Of a DNA stretch of 25,254 nt, positions 14,280 to 23,822 are shown piece after piece. Position numbers and translations under genes: made by a program. Below the pieces are notes generated by a model that was not told the DNA's origin, made no database searches, and saw only the letters and a program-made list of their open reading frames with translations. How positions within the stretch are numbered: the first letter of the stretch is position 1; the number at the start of each line of letters is the position of its first letter. Origin of the DNA: an uncultured Deinococcaceae bacterium (GTDB lineage Bacteria; Deinococcota; Deinococci; Deinococcales; Deinococcaceae); contig CAXULY010000063.1 of NCBI GenBank assembly GCA_964252075.1, positions 1 to 25,254 on the forward strand. Reading direction: 5' to 3'.

Positions 14280-16541
14280 ATGCCCGAGCAGCCCGTGCCA
14301 TCTGGGGCGCTGGCGCCCACCCTCGCCGAACGCCTTCAAGACATCATGGAGGCCCTCCCCGCCACCTCCACCTCACATGACGTCTTCATCGCGGTGCTGC
14401 CTGCGGCCCTGCAGGCCCTGGACGCCACCGCGGGCGCCGTCCTGCTGGTGAACGCCGCGGGCGACCGCTTGCGCATCGCCGCCACGCGCGGTCACGGAGA
14501 GGACGCCCAAAGCGTCTGGCCAGACGGCCCGCGGACGGGTGACAGTCCAGCATGGGCGGCCCTGGAGCGCCGCGCCCCGCTCTTCTTCGAGGGCGTGGCG
14601 ACCGCCGTGCTGCCGATGTTCGAGCAGGCGGAGCCGCTCGGTGTGCTGGTGCTGGACTTCAAGGCGCCGCACCTCTTCACGGAGGGGGAACGGTGGTTCC
14701 TGCGGATCCTCGCCGCCCAGTGCGCCCTGGCCCTCGGGCGGGCGAGACGGGAGCAGGACTTGCGCGCGCTGAACGCGGCACTCGAATCCCGTGAGGCGGA
14801 GCGCGCGCAGCAGGTGGAGGAAAACGCCCGGGCGCACGAGGCGTTCGTGGCGTTCACGGAGGCGGTCGGGACGCAGACGGACCTGCTGGACCTGGCCCGT
14901 CAGGCCATCGCGGTGCTGCGCGCGCGCTTCACCGACGCCAGCATCGGGTACTACACCCGCGACGCGGCACTGTGGAAGATGCAGGTGTGGAGCGACGACA
15001 TGGATGACGCGCTGGTCGCCCGCCTCAGGGCCGGCCTGCCCAACAGCACCCCTTTCGTCCGCGGCGCCTTGGAGACGGGCACGGTGTTCTTCACGGACGG
15101 CTGGGATCCGCAGCGGGAGCAGATTGAGCACAGCGAGAACTACGGCTCGGCCGCCTCGTACCCTCTGGTGGTGGGCGGCGAGGTGCGGCACCTGCTGCTT
15201 TGCGGCCTGAAGGACACGCGGCGGTGGAGTGCGCGGGACAAGGCCCTGGTGCGCGCGGTCGGTCGGGGTCTGTCCCTCGCGCTGGAGCGCGCCGAGCAGA
15301 CGCGGCAGCTGCACCTCCAGAAAGACGAGGTGGAGCAACGCAACCGCGCCCTCTCGGCGTTCGCGGAGCTCACCCGCGACCTGGACCTGCGCAGCGACCC
15401 GCACCGCTTGATCCGCCGGGCGCAGGAGGTGGTGCTGTCCCTGCTGCCGCCCGGCTTCGCCGTGTACTGCGAGCTGGAGGACGGTCGGTGGTTCGTCAAG
15501 TCCCAGGTGGTGGCCTTCCGAGAACCGGGCCTGCAGGCGGCTGCGGACCGTGGGTTTCCCTTCGACTTCACCCCCAACCTCACCACGCCTTGGATCACCC
15601 GGCGGCCGTACTACCAGGACGACTATGACCCGGCCGCGGATCACCTGGCGGAACTGGCGTGGGAAGTGGGCACCACCGCCGTGCTGCCGGTCATGGTGGA
15701 TGGCGAACCCGTCGGGGTGTTCGCGACGGTGCTGTTCGAACGGCGCGGCTGGACGCCCACCGAAAAAGGCGTCCTGGAGACCGTGGTGCGCAGCCTCGGC
15801 CTGGCGCTGGAGGGGGCGCGAGGGGTGGTGCAGCTCACCGAGGAGCGCCGCAAGCTGGGTGCCGCGAACGAGGAGTTGGAGGCGTTCACGTACAGCGTCA
15901 GTCATGACCTGCGCACGCCCGTGCGGCACATCGTGGGCTTCACCGACCTGCTGGGCACGTCCCTGCAGGGGCGATTGGATGACAAGCAGGCGCGGTACCT
16001 GAAGGTCATCAAAGACGCCGGTGCGCGCATGAACACCCTGATCGACGCGATGCTGGACCTGGCGCGCTCCGCCCGCCTGCCGTTGCGCCTGGAGCCGGTG
16101 GACCTGGGCGCTGTCGTGGCGGACATTCAGGCGGAGCTGGAATCGGACCTGGAGGGCCGAACGGTGCGGTGGGCGGTGGCGCCCTTGCCGGTGGTGCTGG
16201 GGGACGCCGACACCCTGCGGCAGGTCATGATCAACCTGCTGTCGAACGCCCTGAAGTACACCCGCCTGCGGGACGTCGCGGAAATCTGGGTGTGGGCGGA
16301 AAACCGCTCGCAGGAGTGGGCGGTGTGCGTGCGGGACAACGGGGTGGGCTTCGACCCGCGCTACCAAGAGCGGCTGTTCGGGGTGTTTCAGCGCCTGCAC
16401 CGGGCGGAGGAGTTCGAGGGCACCGGGGTGGGCCTCGCGAACGTGCGCCGCATCATCGAGCGCCATGGAGGCACCGTGTGGGCGCACAGCGAGGAGGGGC
16501 GAGGGGCGACCTTTGCCTTTTCCATCCCAAGGTCCCTGTAA
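14280..16541 (+). CDS. multi-GAF sensor histidine kinase (753 aa)
   Basis: H-box LEAFTYSVSHDLRTP, N-box NLLSNALKY, and G-boxes DNGVGF and GTGVGLA. Leaderless TATTCT-6 nt-ATG(14280). Confidence 0.93.
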   Translation: MPEQPVPSGALAPTLAERLQDIMEALPATSTSHDVFIAVLPAALQALDATAGAVLLVNAAGDRLRIAATRGHGEDAQSVWPDGPRTGDSPAWAALERRAPLFFEGVATAVLPMFEQAEPLGVLVLDFKAPHLFTEGERWFLRILAAQCALALGRARREQDLRALNAALESREAERAQQVEENARAHEAFVAFTEAVGTQTDLLDLARQAIAVLRARFTDASIGYYTRDAALWKMQVWSDDMDDALVARLRAGLPNSTPFVRGALETGTVFFTDGWDPQREQIEHSENYGSAASYPLVVGGEVRHLLLCGLKDTRRWSARDKALVRAVGRGLSLALERAEQTRQLHLQKDEVEQRNRALSAFAELTRDLDLRSDPHRLIRRAQEVVLSLLPPGFAVYCELEDGRWFVKSQVVAFREPGLQAAADRGFPFDFTPNLTTPWITRRPYYQDDYDPAADHLAELAWEVGTTAVLPVMVDGEPVGVFATVLFERRGWTPTEKGVLETVVRSLGLALEGARGVVQLTEERRKLGAANEELEAFTYSVSHDLRTPVRHIVGFTDLLGTSLQGRLDDKQARYLKVIKDAGARMNTLIDAMLDLARSARLPLRLEPVDLGAVVADIQAELESDLEGRTVRWAVAPLPVVLGDADTLRQVMINLLSNALKYTRLRDVAEIWVWAENRSQEWAVCVRDNGVGFDPRYQERLFGVFQRLHRAEEFEGTGVGLANVRRIIERHGGTVWAHSEEGRGATFAFSIPRSL

Positions 16542-16779
16542 GGGCCAGCACCACGCGGTCGTCACGGAGGCGACCACCTCGCCCATGGTCCCTTTTGGCA
16601 GAACGGACGGTCTGACCTGGCCACGCGTAACGCCTGACCAACGGCGTGAGGGTACCGTGAGGGCATATAGAAACCAAAGGCGTTCTTGCCGCCGTCATGC
16701 TCACCCTCCCCTCGTCCTGAACCTCGCCGCCCGCTCCGGCAGACCGGCTTGCGGGGCGCCAGCGACGCGACCGGCACCA

Positions 16780-16972
16780 TCGGGAGCACCCTCTGGCCGC
16801 CAGGGCGCAACAGGCGCGACCAGCGCGCCGGGCGCCAGTGGCGCGACGGTACCCACCGGTCCAGCCGGCGATCCTGGGGCCCCGGGGCCGACTGGCCCGC
16901 AAGGCGATCCAGGCCTCCCAGGCGCGACGGGCGCCACTGGAGCAACGGGGGCGACCGGTCCAGTGGGCCCAA
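16780..16972 (+). repeat. collagen-like Gly-X-Y repeat in a probably degenerate ORF (frame open 16465-17433)
   Basis: GPAGDPGAPGPTGPQGDPGLPGATGATGATGATGPVGP. Some Gly positions are broken and no convincing start is visible. Confidence 0.6.
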
Positions 16973-18006
16973 ACGCTCTGATCGTCAGCGGCTCAGGAAC
17001 CACACACGTAAACAGCTTGATCGGCCTTTTTAGCGATAGGGGCGTCTCCTGCGTCAACCCCCGGTATGGAGCGATGACCGCTCCAGGCATCACGGACCGC
17101 GCGACTCAGGCCGTGCTGCTCTGCATCCCGAGTGCGACCCCCCGCTCATGGCATCAGCCACCCAAAACGATCAACGGCACCACCATCGACTTCCTGTGGA
17201 CCAACGAAACCATCGTCGTGTGGCGCACCCACACCAGCTCAACAGAGCCTGGGGCGGCCACGCACAGCGACCAGAACCACATGCCGCAGAAATCGACGGT
17301 GGCTGCGCTGAAAGCCGGCGGCGTGAACGTCAACGCGGTGCGCCGCTTCCTGACGACCGCCCGGTCAAACGAACCGATCATCGCCCCTGACTTCGCCCTC
17401 GGGCTGAGTGGGGGGCTGAGCGCTGCGCTGTGAGCCACTCCTCCAGCTGGGTGCGCCCGCCCTCGCCATACCCGTCGCCCTTCAGTTTCCGCCAGCGCCA
17501 CACGTTCCCACCCAGTTGGCTGGTGGCGTCCCCGTCCTTGCAAGGCAGGTGGGAGAGCCACGTCTCCTGATCATGACCAGCGCGGATGGGCCGATGGCCG
17601 GTCCGCCCGTGCCCCAGACCATCGGGTCCACGCCGCACGTCACCACGTGAGGGCACCGGCGCCTCCCCGTCAGTGAGGTCATGGACGGGGGGCGTTCCGG
17701 GGGCTGCTGGAGGCTGGAGGACGCGCCACGCAACGGCGCCCACGTGCGCTGCTCGAACGGCTGGGAACTGAAGCTGCACCGCCTGGACAACGATGAGGGT
17801 GTGGTGGCTCTCGCGCTTCCAGGACTGGCGCCTGATTCCGAGATAGAAAGGGGGCGGACCACCTCTCCGTGGTCCGCCCCTGCGCGCACACCGCGCGACC
17901 GATGAACGCAACGGGAAGAATATGAACGCCCCCCGCACCCAAAGACTAGGGCGCGCTCGGTGATGGGCCACAGCCCATGTTGCTTTGTGATCGCACCACC
18001 AAGGCG

Positions 18007-18098
18007 AAACGGGCCGACTCGATGAAGAATCGGCCCGAGTGGGCGCTCAACCCCGCCGCATGCGGGGGAACGCGGTGGGGAGGATTTGGGCCCTCCCC
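18007..18098 (-). ncRNA. putative ~90-nt three-hairpin small RNA (type A)
   Basis: -10 TACGCT at 18111-18106. 5' GGGGAG hairpin, UU-bulged stem, terminator-like hairpin. Confidence 0.55.
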
Positions 18099-18340
18099 GC
18101 ATCCGAGCGTAGCGGGCACGACCTGTTCATCTTCGCGCCGCCTCGCTTTGTGATGGCACCACCAAGGCGAAGCGGGCCGACCCTTGCCAGCGGCCCGTGG
18201 ATTGTCGCTCAACGCGGTCGGGCCACAGCGGAGCGCCGCCGGACAAGACACCGGAAAGCGGGCGAAAACCAGCCCAGAAACCGCCCGCTGGTCCACGCAC
18301 AGTGGACTGCCCTCACTGTCCGCCTGTCAGATTCTGAAAC

Positions 18341-18431
18341 AGAAAAAGGGCGGGCCGAGTGGGGGCCCGCCCTTGCGCTCAACCCCACCCCAATTGGGGG
18401 AACACAGCGGGAAGGGAACTCGGTTCTCCCC
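18341..18431 (-). ncRNA. putative three-hairpin small RNA (type A)
   Basis: -10 TAGTCT at 18445-18440. Terminator GGGCGGGCC...GGCCCGCCC-UUUUU. Confidence 0.6.
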
Positions 18432-18966
18432 GGACCCCCAGACTAGGGCGTGAAGTCCAAGCGGGCCCGCGCCGCCTTGCTTTGTGATCGCACCACCAAG
18501 ACAAAGCAGGCTGACCCCAGGTGGGATCGGCCCGCTCGACAGCGCTCTATGCCGTCACAGACCGAACGCCGCCCCCACACCCTACCGTACGGCCCTCAGA
18601 TGCTGGTGCTGCAAGCGGGCCGACAGGTGGATGTCGGCCCGCACGCCCAGTGGGCTGTCTGGGGTCCCAGCCGGGCTCACCCAGCATAAACGGGCGACCG
18701 TCTGAGGGACGCCGCCCGCGTGGCCTCGCGGGTGTCCGCCCGGTCCGCCACGAAACGGAGAAGCGCTCTCAATGTAACCGCGAGCGGCGCCCCTCCACAG
18801 GGTCAGCCCGCACGCCCAATCTGACGTTGGTTGAGTTTCGACAGGCAGCCAAGGGAAGGGCGGGCACGTGAGGCCCGCCCGATCCGACCATTGACGGCGC
18901 CGCGTGGGCCCTGGTCCGTGAGGGCCGCGTCGCACGGTGGTTCACAGGGTTATCCACAGGAAACGT

Positions 18967-19245
18967 TTAGGGAGCAGACGGCGCCTCAGGCGTGAATTCT
19001 GCTTCGAGAAGTGGGCCGCGCTCCGCCTGCAGGCTGAACATTCGCGGCCTGCTGTCGAAATCGGCGCTGACGATGGTGAACGCCCACCAGCCGTGCTCGG
19101 TGAGCACCTCGATCAGTCCATCACCGAAGGTGGCCTCTCGCAGCGCTTTCAGATCGTCCACACTGATGTCCGCGCCTCGGAAGGTCACGGCGGAACCGGG
19201 CTGCGGCGTTTCTCCTACCTTCAGTTGTGTCTGCAGTCTGCTCAT
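18967..19245 (-). CDS. hypothetical protein (92 aa)
   Basis: Leaderless TACGGT-5 nt-ATG. Confidence 0.65.
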   Translation of the reverse strand: MSRLQTQLKVGETPQPGSAVTFRGADISVDDLKALREATFGDGLIEVLTEHGWWAFTIVSADFDSRPRMFSLQAERGPLLEAEFTPEAPSAP

Positions 19246-19380
19246 GCCCAACCGTACTCAGGCGTGGCGCGCCCTACTGGTCCACAGGTCATGGAGTGAA
19301 CGATGGGTCAAGGTGACGCAACAGTCAACAGGACGCGGCCCTGGAGCTTGACTGGCTTCAGGGCCGCGGGTGGAGTTAGG

Positions 19381-19659
19381 TCAGACGGCGCGGGCGATCC
19401 ACTGCGCTTTGGCCTGGTTGCGCTGCCCCTTCACCTTCTGGCGGAAGGTGTCCGCTGCCTTGCCGGTCAGCAGTTCCAGCTGCACCGTGCGGCCGTCGAG
19501 CTCCAGCTGCCCGTCCGCATTCAGCGCGGCCACGATCCAGAACTGGGTGCCCGCCGCGTCCTGCGCGAGGCCCGCCACCCAGCCCGCCTTGCCGGAGCGG
19601 CGCCCGGCGGCGCCCGCCTCCTCCTTGCTCTTGTACGTCACGCCCGGCGTGAAGTCCAC
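19381..19659 (-). CDS. hypothetical protein (~92 aa; start uncertain)
   Basis: Protein-like segment (VDFTPGVTYKSKEEAG...) with high-GC3 codons, downstream of the subtilase. Confidence 0.55.
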   Translation of the reverse strand: MDFTPGVTYKSKEEAGAAGRRSGKAGWVAGLAQDAAGTQFWIVAALNADGQLELDGRTVQLELLTGKAADTFRQKVKGQRNQAKAQWIARAV

Positions 19660-19751
19660 GTGCACGATCGGGTTGCGGCCCTCGTCATGCGCGGCAACAG
19701 GCCCGGCGCTCCACGGATGCAATAGGAGCGCCGGGTCTGGGGAGCGCAGGT

Positions 19752-21095
19752 TTACAGGACGGCTTTCAGGAAGGCGCTGAGGTCCACGCGGCCCTTGCCG
19801 AGCTTGTCCTTGTACGGCTGGTTCAGGTTGTTGGCGTAGATGTTCGCGGTGTTGTCGATCATCTTGATGGGCAGGTCCATGACGGAGATCTTCAAAGTCT
19901 GCCCGAGGGCGAGGGCGAAGGCCCCCGCCGCCATCGGCGCCGCCATGCTGGTGCCGCTCCACGCCGCCATCATGTTGCCGGGCGCCGGTGCGTAGACGTT
20001 CTCGCCGGGCGCCGACAGCTCCACCTTGTCGCTGTAATTCGCGAAGCTCGACTTCTGGCCCTGCAGGTTCACGCTGCTGACGCTGAGCCCCGTCTTGAAG
20101 GTCTTGGCCTGCGCGGCCGGGAAGGTGATCTTGTCCAGGTTGTCGTTGCCGGCGGACGTGGTCACCAGCACGTTCTGGGCGACGGCCTTCTTGATGGCGT
20201 CGTTGACGACCTTCGAGTCCGTGGTCGCGCCGAGGCTGAGGTTGATGACGTTCGCCCCGTGCGCCACCGCCCAGGTGATCGCCTGCGCGACGGTGGCCAC
20301 GTCCCCGGAACCGTCCGGACCCAGGACCCGCAGCGGCATGATCTTGGCCTCCGGCGCGATCTGCAGCACGATGCCCGCGACGTTCGTGCCGTGCCCGTAA
20401 CCGCCCACGCCCAGGGTGCCTTCGTCCTGTGGGACGGCGTCCCCAGCATAGAAATCCCACCAGGTGGAGGGATCCGCCAGGGCGCCCTGGAAGGCGGGGT
20501 GGTTGAGGTCGAGGCCCGTGTCGATGATGGCCACCGTCACGCCCGCGCCGAGTTTCGGGGCGAGGGCCTGCGCCTCCTGCAGGTGCAGGGTGGTCCACAA
20601 GGCGGTGTTCTGCGGAAGCAGATTGAAGGTGCCGCCCGCCCACATGGTGCGCGCGCCGCCCGCCCAGGCCGAGATGTCCCCGCCGGCCCACATGGTGCGT
20701 GCGCCGCCCATCACCGCCGTGATGGTGCCGCCGCCGCTGAACACGTCGCGGTTGGGCTCGATGTAGACCGTGCGGCCTGGGTCGCCCGTGAGGGCATGGA
20801 CGCCCCGGGCGGTCGTGCCGCGCGCCCCCTGCAGGCCGATCAGGGCGGTGCAGTGGTCGGCGTCGGCGGTGGTGCAGCCGGCGTCGTCCCAGGCGAGCAC
20901 GGAACCGCCGACGGCGTGCGCCACGCTTGCGGGTGTGTCGCCGGGTTCCAGGAGGAGGCTGGCGACGTAATCGTACCTGGGGGCGGCCTGGCCCGAACTG
21001 GCGGCCGGCGTGGAGGGTGCGCCCTGTCCGCACGCCATGAGGAGGGCGCTGGTCAGGAGGGCCAGGGGGGCCCGTGCGGGTCGTGGGGTGTGCAT
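19752..21095 (-). CDS. S8 subtilisin-like serine peptidase, predicted lipoprotein (447 aa)
   Basis: Catalytic motifs IIDTG, HGT and GTSMA; oxyanion SAGN. Lipobox LMAC. GGAGG RBS. Confidence 0.92.
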   Translation of the reverse strand: MHTPRPARAPLALLTSALLMACGQGAPSTPAASSGQAAPRYDYVASLLLEPGDTPASVAHAVGGSVLAWDDAGCTTADADHCTALIGLQGARGTTARGVHALTGDPGRTVYIEPNRDVFSGGGTITAVMGGARTMWAGGDISAWAGGARTMWAGGTFNLLPQNTALWTTLHLQEAQALAPKLGAGVTVAIIDTGLDLNHPAFQGALADPSTWWDFYAGDAVPQDEGTLGVGGYGHGTNVAGIVLQIAPEAKIMPLRVLGPDGSGDVATVAQAITWAVAHGANVINLSLGATTDSKVVNDAIKKAVAQNVLVTTSAGNDNLDKITFPAAQAKTFKTGLSVSSVNLQGQKSSFANYSDKVELSAPGENVYAPAPGNMMAAWSGTSMAAPMAAGAFALALGQTLKISVMDLPIKMIDNTANIYANNLNQPYKDKLGKGRVDLSAFLKAVL

Positions 21096-21713
21096 CGGTT
21101 GTTCCTCCGTGGTGCGGGGGGCACTGTTTCCCATGATCCGGAAACGTGCATGACAGCTTTCATACAGTTTTTGAGGGGGTTTAAATACTCTAAGAAAACG
21201 TGAGTGCTGGGTAAAAAAGAGCACCATGTTGAATGGACGTCGGCAACACCGCCTCCAAACGGATCCTGAGGGCGTCAGGGGCCAAAGGGATGACCACGAC
21301 TCACCACACGAAAAGCGCCCCCGTCCACTGCCGAAGCAGGGACGGGGGCGCTGACACAACAATCCTGCTCGGAGACGTGAAACGCACCAAGAGCTCAACT
21401 GCACTGAAATGGACGCCACCGCTCCGTGAACCGCCGCTCCACGTCACCGGTTGAAGCTGAGAACCACGCGGTGAAAGGACCGAGCCCACCGCACGACAAC
21501 TCTGCGACGCCGTGCGTCAGGCAGCCCAAAGGCCTTGCCGCCCGGCACGTCCAGTCCAGCGCCGAAGCGGCACACCACATCGGCTCCTGAGCACCCGCGG
21601 AGCCCGCGCCACGGCCAGCGGACGCCCTTGTCACCGCCGTCCGCACGCCCTCACACAGGTCATGCGCCCTCCTCGGCCCTGCTCCACCTGGTGTGGGGCC
21701 GTACTGTGTGATC

Positions 21714-21956
21714 GTGCCCCTCCACAACCTCACGCCCAGCGTGCCGGCCTCCCTGAAGCTGCCCGTGGTGATTGCGGTCATGGAGGCGCTCGCTGCGGAC
21801 ATTCGCTTCGAAGGCTTTAAGCCCGCCAGGATCAGCGAGGCGCGCGAGGCCATCGGGCAACCGATGGGTGACGCCACGGGCGAGATCAACGTGAAGGAGT
21901 ACCTCCGGGCACGATCCGCTTTGGCTGGACCGAAGGTGCCCTGCGCGGCGGGCTGA
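21714..21956 (+). CDS. hypothetical protein (80 aa), possibly chimeric
   Basis: Leaderless TACTGT-6 nt-GTG. Upstream palindrome and first codons are homologous to those of the 10800 gene. Confidence 0.45.
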   Translation: MPLHNLTPSVPASLKLPVVIAVMEALAADIRFEGFKPARISEAREAIGQPMGDATGEINVKEYLRARSALAGPKVPCAAG

Positions 21957-22043
21957 TCACGAACTCCTGGCGCGGCGGCAGCGCGCCCAACCGTCCACCC
22001 CCACGTGGCTCAGCACCATCCGACAGCACCTGATCGTCCGCCC

Positions 22044-23822
22044 TCACTGCGGCTGACCGGCCTCAGGCAAGCTGAACGCGAAGGTGGCGCCTTGCGGGTG
22101 GCTCTGCGCCCACACCTGTCCCCCCAGCTTCTGCACGGCGCGCCGCACCAGCGCCAGCCCCAACCCCCGCCCCTCAAAATCCTCCGCGCGGTGCAGCCGC
22201 TGGAAGATCCCGAAGAGGCGGTCCTGAAAGCGCGCGTCGAACCCCACCCCGTTGTCCCGCACGAACACCGTGCAGTCGTGCTCACCCTGCTCCGTCCACA
22301 CCTCGATCACCGCCGCGTCGCGCGTCCGCGTGAACTTCACGGCGTTGCTCAGCAACTGCCCGACGGCCACCCGCAGCAGGTCCTGGTCGGCGCGCAGCAA
22401 GGGCAGCGGCTGCACCCGCCACTCCATCACGCGGCCCTGCAGGTCCACCTCGGCCTCCTGGCGCGCCCGCTCCACCAGCTGCCCAAGGTCCACCGGCCCG
22501 AGCCGCACCGGCTGGCGGGAGGTGCGCGCCAACTCCAGCATCGCGTCGATCAGGGTGTTCAGGCGGCCCGCCGCGCCCCCCACCACATCCAGGTAATGGG
22601 CGCTGGTGTCGTTCAGCGCGCCGTTCAAGGACTGCCGCGCCAGCTCCAGGAAGCCCGTGATGTGCCGCACCGGGGTGCGCAGGTCGTGCGAGACGCTGTA
22701 CGCGAACGCCTCCAGTTCCTCGTTGGCCTCCTGCAGCCGCTGGCGTTGCCGTTCCCCATCCAGCACGCGCTCGGCGCGTTCCAGCGCCAGACCCAGGCTG
22801 TTCACGCCGGTCTCCAGGACGGCGCGGTCCGCCCGCGTCCACGCGCGGCCCACCCTCAGGCCGTACCCGAAGATGCCCCGGGGCCGCCCATTCACCCGCA
22901 GCGGCAGGGCGGCGGTGGAGGCCAGCCGCTCGGTGCCCGGCACCAGCGCGTCCGGCGCCAGCTCGTCCAGTGCGGGATCGTAGGCGTCCTGATAGAACGG
23001 CGCGCCGCTCTCCCAGGGAATGCGGAAGTTCCGCACGGTGGCGTACGGCAGGGCCGAACTCAGCGACGCCTGGATGACTGGGTCCTCCGGGCTGCCCACC
23101 TGCGACGCCAACGCCCACGCGTCGCCCTTCAACTCGTAGTACACCGCGAAGCCCTCGCCGATCAGCTCCGCGACGCTGCGCTGCGCCTGGCCGATCAAGG
23201 TCAGGGGGTCCGTCTCATCTGACCGCGCCAATTGCGCAAAGCGCCCGAGCGCGCGGGTGCGCGCCTCCAGCTCCACGTTCTGCTCGGTGAGCTGCCGCGC
23301 CTGCCCGGCGCGTTCCAGCGCGAGGCCCAGTCCGCGGCCCACCGCGCGGAAGATCGCCTGATCGCGCACCGACCACACGCGCGCGTCCTGCGTACCGATG
23401 ATGAACAGCCCAACGGCGCGGCCCTCCAGGAAGTAGGGGTACACGGCGACCGCGCCATACGCGCGCGTGGAGGCCAGGCCCTCCGCTCGCGCGTCCCACT
23501 GCTCCGTCAGGATGGGGCGTCCCTCCTGCACCGCCCGCGCGAAGCTGGGGGCGTCGAAGGGCACGCCCGCGTGGATCTCCTCGGCGGTTTCGGGTGCGAT
23601 GTCGTCCGACCACACCTGGGCCTTCCACAGCTGGCCCTCGGGCAGGTAGTACGCCACGCTGACCTCTCCGAGGCTGGCGCGCAGCACCAAGATCGCCTCG
23701 CGCGCCAGCACCAGCACGTCCGGCTCCATCCCGACCGCCTCGGTGAAGGCGACAAAGGCGTCAAAGGCCCCCTGCAGGTTCGGGTCGAACGCAGGTCCTG
23801 AGGGCTCGGGTGGGTCAGTCAC
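22044..23822 (-). CDS. GAF-GAF sensor histidine kinase (592 aa), paralog of 14280-16541
   Basis: Motifs LEAFAYSVSHDLRTP, LLSNAVKF, DNGVGF and GRGLGLA. Leaderless TATGCT-6 nt-GTG. Confidence 0.93.
   Translation of the reverse strand: MTDPPEPSGPAFDPNLQGAFDAFVAFTEAVGMEPDVLVLAREAILVLRASLGEVSVAYYLPEGQLWKAQVWSDDIAPETAEEIHAGVPFDAPSFARAVQEGRPILTEQWDARAEGLASTRAYGAVAVYPYFLEGRAVGLFIIGTQDARVWSVRDQAIFRAVGRGLGLALERAGQARQLTEQNVELEARTRALGRFAQLARSDETDPLTLIGQAQRSVAELIGEGFAVYYELKGDAWALASQVGSPEDPVIQASLSSALPYATVRNFRIPWESGAPFYQDAYDPALDELAPDALVPGTERLASTAALPLRVNGRPRGIFGYGLRVGRAWTRADRAVLETGVNSLGLALERAERVLDGERQRQRLQEANEELEAFAYSVSHDLRTPVRHITGFLELARQSLNGALNDTSAHYLDVVGGAAGRLNTLIDAMLELARTSRQPVRLGPVDLGQLVERARQEAEVDLQGRVMEWRVQPLPLLRADQDLLRVAVGQLLSNAVKFTRTRDAAVIEVWTEQGEHDCTVFVRDNGVGFDARFQDRLFGIFQRLHRAEDFEGRGLGLALVRRAVQKLGGQVWAQSHPQGATFAFSLPEAGQPQ

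Larger units (their letters stand above)
17845..18570 (-). repeat. array 1 of structured non-coding units (A, A, B, A, degenerate)
   Basis: Repeated GCGCTCAAC core, GGGCC...GGCCC hairpins, and (T/C)GCTTTGTGAT(C/G)GCACCACCAA three times. Confidence 0.85.

Noticed and set aside
14373..16586. Long antisense ORFs (737 aa here; also 352-1869, 11700-13070, 20259-21203, 22005-23222)
   Set aside because: Shadow frames of real high-GC genes on the opposite strand, with Arg/Ala/Gly/Pro-rich or otherwise non-protein-like composition.
17681..17905. 74-aa ORF before array 1, and other ORFs across the arrays
   Set aside because: No RBS or leaderless -10, and the ORF runs into the terminator hairpin of the first unit. 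At most a gene fragment.
17845..18570. CRISPR array interpretation of the repeats
   Set aside because: Repeats are long, degenerate and carry promoter and terminator features. There is no constant repeat with unique spacers, and no cas genes in the window.
21096..21419. N-terminal extension of the subtilase (555-aa ORF)
   Set aside because: The RBS and lipoprotein signal peptide indicate a start at 21095. The upstream DNA is AT-richer and looks regulatory.
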